From the NCBI GenBank assembly GCA_046581755.1, contig JAYGFR010000253.1, positions 1 to 10,701 of the forward strand: a stretch of DNA of 10,701 nucleotides, read 5' to 3'. Position numbers and translations under genes: made by a program. Numbering within the stretch: position 1 is the stretch's first letter; each line of letters begins with the position of its first letter. Origin of the DNA: Nitrospinota bacterium (lineage in GTDB: Bacteria; UBA8248). This document shows, one piece after another, positions 7,099 to 10,701 of this stretch. The notes under the pieces were generated by a model. That model made no database searches. It saw only the letters and a program-made list of their open reading frames with translations, and was not told the DNA's origin.

Positions 7099-7875
7099 CT
7101 AAAACGCCCTTGTAAAACGCATCATGACAGCGGCCATATCCGCGAGTGTTTGCCCGTACAAAATGCCGAACATGGACGCGGAGAAAATCAACACCGTGAA
7201 ACCAATGACAATTTGAAGCGAGAGGCCGACGATGAAGATATTCATCTGCGGCACCGTCCGGGCTACGATTCCCAGCGCCACGCTCGACAGCAACAAGACC
7301 ACCATCGTGGGCGCGGCGAACTTGAGGGCGATAACGAAAACGTTCTTCGACGTTTCGATGAAGAGCGCCCACAAATTGGCGGTTGGCGAGAATCCCATCA
7401 GGGGGATTCGCTTAAAACTTTCAGCGATGGCGCGAAAAATGAAGTAATGCGCGTTGGTTCCTAAAATCATCAAAGCCGTAATCACGGCCTGGAATTGCGA
7501 GAGCAGGGAAACGCTTCCACGGGTCGAAGGGTCGATGGCAGTCACGATTCCGAAGCCCATCTGAAAGCCCATGACCTCGGCTGCCATATCCACCGCCACG
7601 ATGAACAGCCGGGCCAGTAGGCCCATCGACACGCCAAGCAGGATCTCATTTACGCCCAGCGCGGCCAGTCGATGGAGCGGAATTTCCGAAAGCAGCATGC
7701 CCGGCCCCACAATCTGGAGCATCGCCAGGCTCACCCCGACCGAAAGGCCGATTTTCACGGTCTTCGGGACCACCGATGCGCTGAAAAGCGGCGCAGCCAT
7801 AAGAATCGCTCCCACTCTCAGGAGAACCAGGACGAAGCGTTCGAATTCGAGTGTCGAGAAGTTGACGTACTCCAT
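7099..7875 (-). CDS. fliR: Flagellar export apparatus protein FliR
   Basis: 258-aa hydrophobic protein with GFQMGFG..IDP and LGIVARTVPQMNIF. Confidence 0.96.
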   Translation of the reverse strand: MEYVNFSTLEFERFVLVLLRVGAILMAAPLFSASVVPKTVKIGLSVGVSLAMLQIVGPGMLLSEIPLHRLAALGVNEILLGVSMGLLARLFIVAVDMAAEVMGFQMGFGIVTAIDPSTRGSVSLLSQFQAVITALMILGTNAHYFIFRAIAESFKRIPLMGFSPTANLWALFIETSKNVFVIALKFAAPTMVVLLLSSVALGIVARTVPQMNIFIVGLSLQIVIGFTVLIFSASMFGILYGQTLADMAAVMMRFTRAF

Positions 7876-7887
7876 TCGTCCGCCTCG

Positions 7888-8157
7888 CTACCGGGCCATG
7901 CTGGGCAAGGTGCTGTAGAGGTTGACCGTGAAATCGACCATCGTCTGGAGCATCCAAGGAAAAGCGAACATCAGGACCATGACGGTCACCAAAATCTTGG
8001 GCACAAACGTCAAGGTCATTTCCTGGACCTGCGTGACCGCCTGGACGATGCCCACCAGGACACCAATCACCAAGCCAGCGCCTAAAATCGGGCCCGAAAT
8101 AATCAACATCATCTCCATAGCGTCCTGCATGATCGTCATGACTGCTTCTGGAGTCAT
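7888..8157 (-). CDS. fliQ: Flagellar export apparatus protein FliQ
   Basis: 89 aa with QAVTQVQEMTLTFVPKI; GGAGG RBS. Confidence 0.97.
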   Translation of the reverse strand: MTPEAVMTIMQDAMEMMLIISGPILGAGLVIGVLVGIVQAVTQVQEMTLTFVPKILVTVMVLMFAFPWMLQTMVDFTVNLYSTLPSMAR

Positions 8158-8185
8158 GAGGCTTCCTCCCTATCCTTGCCCCGCA

Positions 8186-8944
8186 TCAGGCGATGCTCCG
8201 CATGAGGGAGCCGACGATCAGGGCCCACCCATCGACCATGACGAAGAGCATCAATTTAAAGGGCAATGAAATCAGGATCGGGGGCAGCATCATCATTCCC
8301 AGCGACAAAAGAACGGACGCCACGACCATATCGATCACTAAAAACGGAATGAAAAGCATGAATCCGATTTGGAACGCGGTCTTCATCTCGCTGATCAGAA
8401 AAGCAGGAATCAACGTCGTCAGGGGAACATCGTCCGCAGTCTTGGGCTGTTTTGCCTTCGAGAGACCGATAAACAGGGCGAGATCCTTCTCGCGGGTTTG
8501 CTTCAACATAAAGCCTCGAAGAGGCCCTGCCGCCCGCTCGGCCGCCAAGACGAAATTAATGCGTTCGGCGAAGTAAGGCTCCAGCGCTACCTTTTGGATT
8601 CGCGTTCCGATTGGCGCCATCGAAAAGAAGGTCAAAAAAACCGCCAATCCGATCAGCACCTGGTTGGGGGGAGACTGCTGCGTCCCCAGCGCCTGCCGCA
8701 TGAACGACAAAACGATGATGATTCGAGTGAATGAGGTCATCATGATCAAAATGGAGGGGGCCAGCGTCAGAACCGTCAGAAGGGCCATGATCTGGAGCCC
8801 GGTGGCCACCTCTTCGGTCGAACCGGGCTGGCTGAATCCAAATTGAATTTGAGGAAACCCAAGCGGCACTTGGGCAAACACATCTCCGCTAAATCCCAGA
8901 ACCGCCAGGAATAGAATAGCGGCGATGGCCAGAGCGTGTCTCAT
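8186..8944 (-). CDS. fliP: Flagellar export apparatus protein FliP
   Basis: 252 aa with a signal peptide (VFA-Q), MMTSFTRIIIVLS, QQSPPNQVL, PFLVIDMVVASVL and GMMMLPP..SLPFKLMLFVMVDGW; ATGA overlap with the upstream gene. Confidence 0.98.
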   Translation of the reverse strand: MRHALAIAAILFLAVLGFSGDVFAQVPLGFPQIQFGFSQPGSTEEVATGLQIMALLTVLTLAPSILIMMTSFTRIIIVLSFMRQALGTQQSPPNQVLIGLAVFLTFFSMAPIGTRIQKVALEPYFAERINFVLAAERAAGPLRGFMLKQTREKDLALFIGLSKAKQPKTADDVPLTTLIPAFLISEMKTAFQIGFMLFIPFLVIDMVVASVLLSLGMMMLPPILISLPFKLMLFVMVDGWALIVGSLMRSIA

Positions 8945-10503
8945 GAAAGCGTGGCTCCGTCACTCAAATCCGGAAGACGCTCAAGTCTGTTCCGAAGGCG
9001 ATCCGCCGAGCGCTTCGAGGCCGGAGTTTCCTTTTTGACACTCCTGGACCGGATGGGGTTGGAGCCGGAACGGAGTTTTGCTTGGTTGCCGGAGATGGAG
9101 CCTTCGCCAGGACCCGCACCGTTTTTCGCCTGCGGGGTATAGGCCATGAGCGCCGCCATGTTTTTGTCCTGAATCCCCTCTTTGGGGCCGCCGGTCGCCG
9201 GTGCCGAAGCCGCCATCGTGGCTGCCAGCCCGGATCCTCTTTCCTCACCGCCTGGGCTCTTGATTTTATCGACTTCTTTTCCGAGCATTTTCGAGAGATG
9301 CTCGACAAAAGAGGATTCGCCCACCGAGCGAACCCGGGCTAGAGCTTCCTCGTTTTCGATTTTCGTAAGCATCGCGATGTTTTGGCCGCTAATCCCCAGA
9401 ACCAATACCTCGCCCGCGACCTCGACCACAGCCAACGATTTTTTCGGTGCAAGAGTTGTTTTATGGAGGGTGCGAACAAGGCTCCCATTACCACCGAATT
9501 TCGCGACGGCGTCCGGCGCGACCTTCTTGAAGAAAAAGAAAAGGCCCAGAATGACTGTCAGGATGCCCCCCAAGGCGGCCGTGAATTTCATGGCAACCGT
9601 CGAAAAGTTCGCTACGTTAGCTCCCAGATCAGAATTTTTCCGGCCCTTCGGGACCGGCAGATTGCTGAATTTACTCCCTGTCCCCTTCGTGGATTTGAAC
9701 AAGGGTTTCAGATTTTTGATGCCGCCCGCCGCCACGGCATCCTTTCCATCTCCATCCACCCGGCGTTTATTCCAAAGACCCCTTCCCTTTATTTTGAGGA
9801 GGCGGTCGAATTTGGGGGGGGAAGCCGATGCCACCGGCTTGCGGGGCGAGGAAAGAATTTGATTCAGCATCGCATCGGCGGTAAGGCCAGCCGCTGCCTT
9901 TTTCTTTTTGGAATAGACAGATGGTATCCGGTAGATGCCACCTGCAACCCGCCGGTTTCCAGTCCCAGCGGCGCGGGTCATTGAAACTCTCTCTATCCGG
10001 GGAGCACCTTGCGCCCCGTTGCGCCAGCCTTTCAGGACAGGAAGAGTGAGGGTCAGCGTGGATTTCCCAATAATCACCTCTGGTTTGTTCTTCAGGCGAG
10101 ATGCGCCGCTTTTTGTCAGAATCGAAATAAAAAGTCCACCCGCGTCTTCCCGGGCCTCAAGACGGTCATAGCCGCCCTGCCCCACGTTGAACTGACGATA
10201 CGGCTTCCCGGCAATCACGCCCGGCACGAACATGGAAACGCCCCTATCCTTGATTCGCATATTGGGCTTTCCCGATTTCAGGGTTCCATCAAAAAGTGCA
10301 ACGAGACGAATCTTTTGAGCTCCCTCATATACGAATACTTTTTTGAGAAGTGGGGACCTCGAAGCGGCTTCGACGTTGATTTCCGCCTCAATGGTGAATC
10401 CGACCACGGCAAAGAGCATCGTCATGCATATGCAAATATTTGATATTATTGTCTGTATTGTTATTTTATCCATTTTGGAATCGCCTGAGGTTTGGAACGT
10501 CAA
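8941..10503 (-). CDS. fliO: Extended FliO-family protein: signal peptide, beta-rich extracytoplasmic domain, basic linker, TM helix, FliO domain, C-terminal tail
   Basis: Stop overlaps the fliP start. A TM helix (aa ~304-325) is followed by FliO-like LVRTLHKTTLAPKKSLAVVEVAGEVLVLGISGQNIAMLTKI. The start is uncertain: TTG 10503 or ATG 10473. Confidence 0.85.
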   Translation of the reverse strand: MTFQTSGDSKMDKITIQTIISNICICMTMLFAVVGFTIEAEINVEAASRSPLLKKVFVYEGAQKIRLVALFDGTLKSGKPNMRIKDRGVSMFVPGVIAGKPYRQFNVGQGGYDRLEAREDAGGLFISILTKSGASRLKNKPEVIIGKSTLTLTLPVLKGWRNGAQGAPRIERVSMTRAAGTGNRRVAGGIYRIPSVYSKKKKAAAGLTADAMLNQILSSPRKPVASASPPKFDRLLKIKGRGLWNKRRVDGDGKDAVAAGGIKNLKPLFKSTKGTGSKFSNLPVPKGRKNSDLGANVANFSTVAMKFTAALGGILTVILGLFFFFKKVAPDAVAKFGGNGSLVRTLHKTTLAPKKSLAVVEVAGEVLVLGISGQNIAMLTKIENEEALARVRSVGESSFVEHLSKMLGKEVDKIKSPGGEERGSGLAATMAASAPATGGPKEGIQDKNMAALMAYTPQAKNGAGPGEGSISGNQAKLRSGSNPIRSRSVKKETPASKRSADRLRNRLERLPDLSDGATLS

Positions 10504-10518
10504 TTTATTAACGTTCCA
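10493..10518 (-). promoter_or_regulatory. Leader hairpin covering the TTG (10503) candidate start
   Basis: The mRNA UGGAACGUUAA-UAAA-UUGACGUUCCA forms 11 bp including one U-G pair. Confidence 0.5.
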
Positions 10519-10603
10519 GAGTAAAGAGAATTGTCAATTTTCCGTCGTTCCTCGATTCGCCTATTAGTTGAACATGATCCATCAGCTTTCGGGGGCGAGA
10601 AAA

Positions 10604-10620
10604 TGCAAGTGTTATACCAA
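10604..10620 (-). promoter_or_regulatory. Sigma-54 (RpoN) -24/-12 promoter of the fliO...fliA operon
   Basis: Minus strand TTGGTATAACACTTGCA is GG-N10-GC with TTGCA, close to the TGGCACG-N4-TTGCW consensus. It is correctly oriented in AT-rich intergenic DNA; predicted +1 near 10593. Confidence 0.8.
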
Positions 10621-10683
10621 TTCCCACATCCACCTAGCCAAATAAATGGCAATTCGGATAGATTTGGAAGGTGTCAGCTTAGA

Positions 10684-10695
10684 TGTTATATAACA
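10684..10695. promoter_or_regulatory. Perfect 12-bp palindrome, candidate transcription-factor/enhancer site
   Basis: TGTTATATAACA, about -91 to -102 relative to the predicted sigma-54 start. Confidence 0.45.
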
Positions 10696-10701
10696 ATTAG
10701 T

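Noticed and set aside
961..10443. Long plus-strand and alternate-frame ORFs (e.g. 961..1752, 1890..2558, 3068..4066, 4453..5241, 6470..7372, 9182..9862)
   Set aside because: Shadow ORFs overlapping well-conserved flagellar genes in GC-rich DNA, with no recognisable domains.
10505..10537. Perfect sigma-70 -35 TTGACA on the minus strand (10537-10532)
   Set aside because: No acceptable -10 hexamer at 16-18 bp spacing; the hexamer is better explained as the centre of the 8-1-8 palindrome.
10343..10567. 74-aa plus-strand ORF
   Set aside because: Antisense to the fliO 5' end and leader, with no RBS or recognisable motif.
10474..10600. c-di-GMP riboswitch in the operon leader
   Set aside because: I could not find the conserved class I or class II sequence elements by eye; an Rfam/Infernal scan would settle it.

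Overview
Most of the window (901-10503, all on the minus strand) is one intact flagellar export and regulation operon: an unusually long fliO-like gene, fliP, fliQ, fliR, flhB, flhA, flhF, flhG, a 70-aa two-TM hypothetical gene and fliA (sigma-28). It is preceded by an AT-rich region with a well-spaced sigma-54 (-24/-12) promoter match and several palindromes. Downstream of fliA are a strongly G-skewed spacer and a decayed ankyrin-repeat gene. That gene has a signal peptide and an in-frame TGA where a lipoprotein Cys would be expected, and it is cut by the left end of an IS3-family element that appears internally deleted. I see no clearly new multi-gene system. The most notable items are the ~510-520 aa multi-domain FliO, the apparent start of the operon at fliO under its own sigma-54 promoter with a structured leader, the parallel divergence of FlhF and FlhG regulatory motifs, and the doubly inactivated ankyrin gene. 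Family assignments come from motif recognition by eye; no database search was run.
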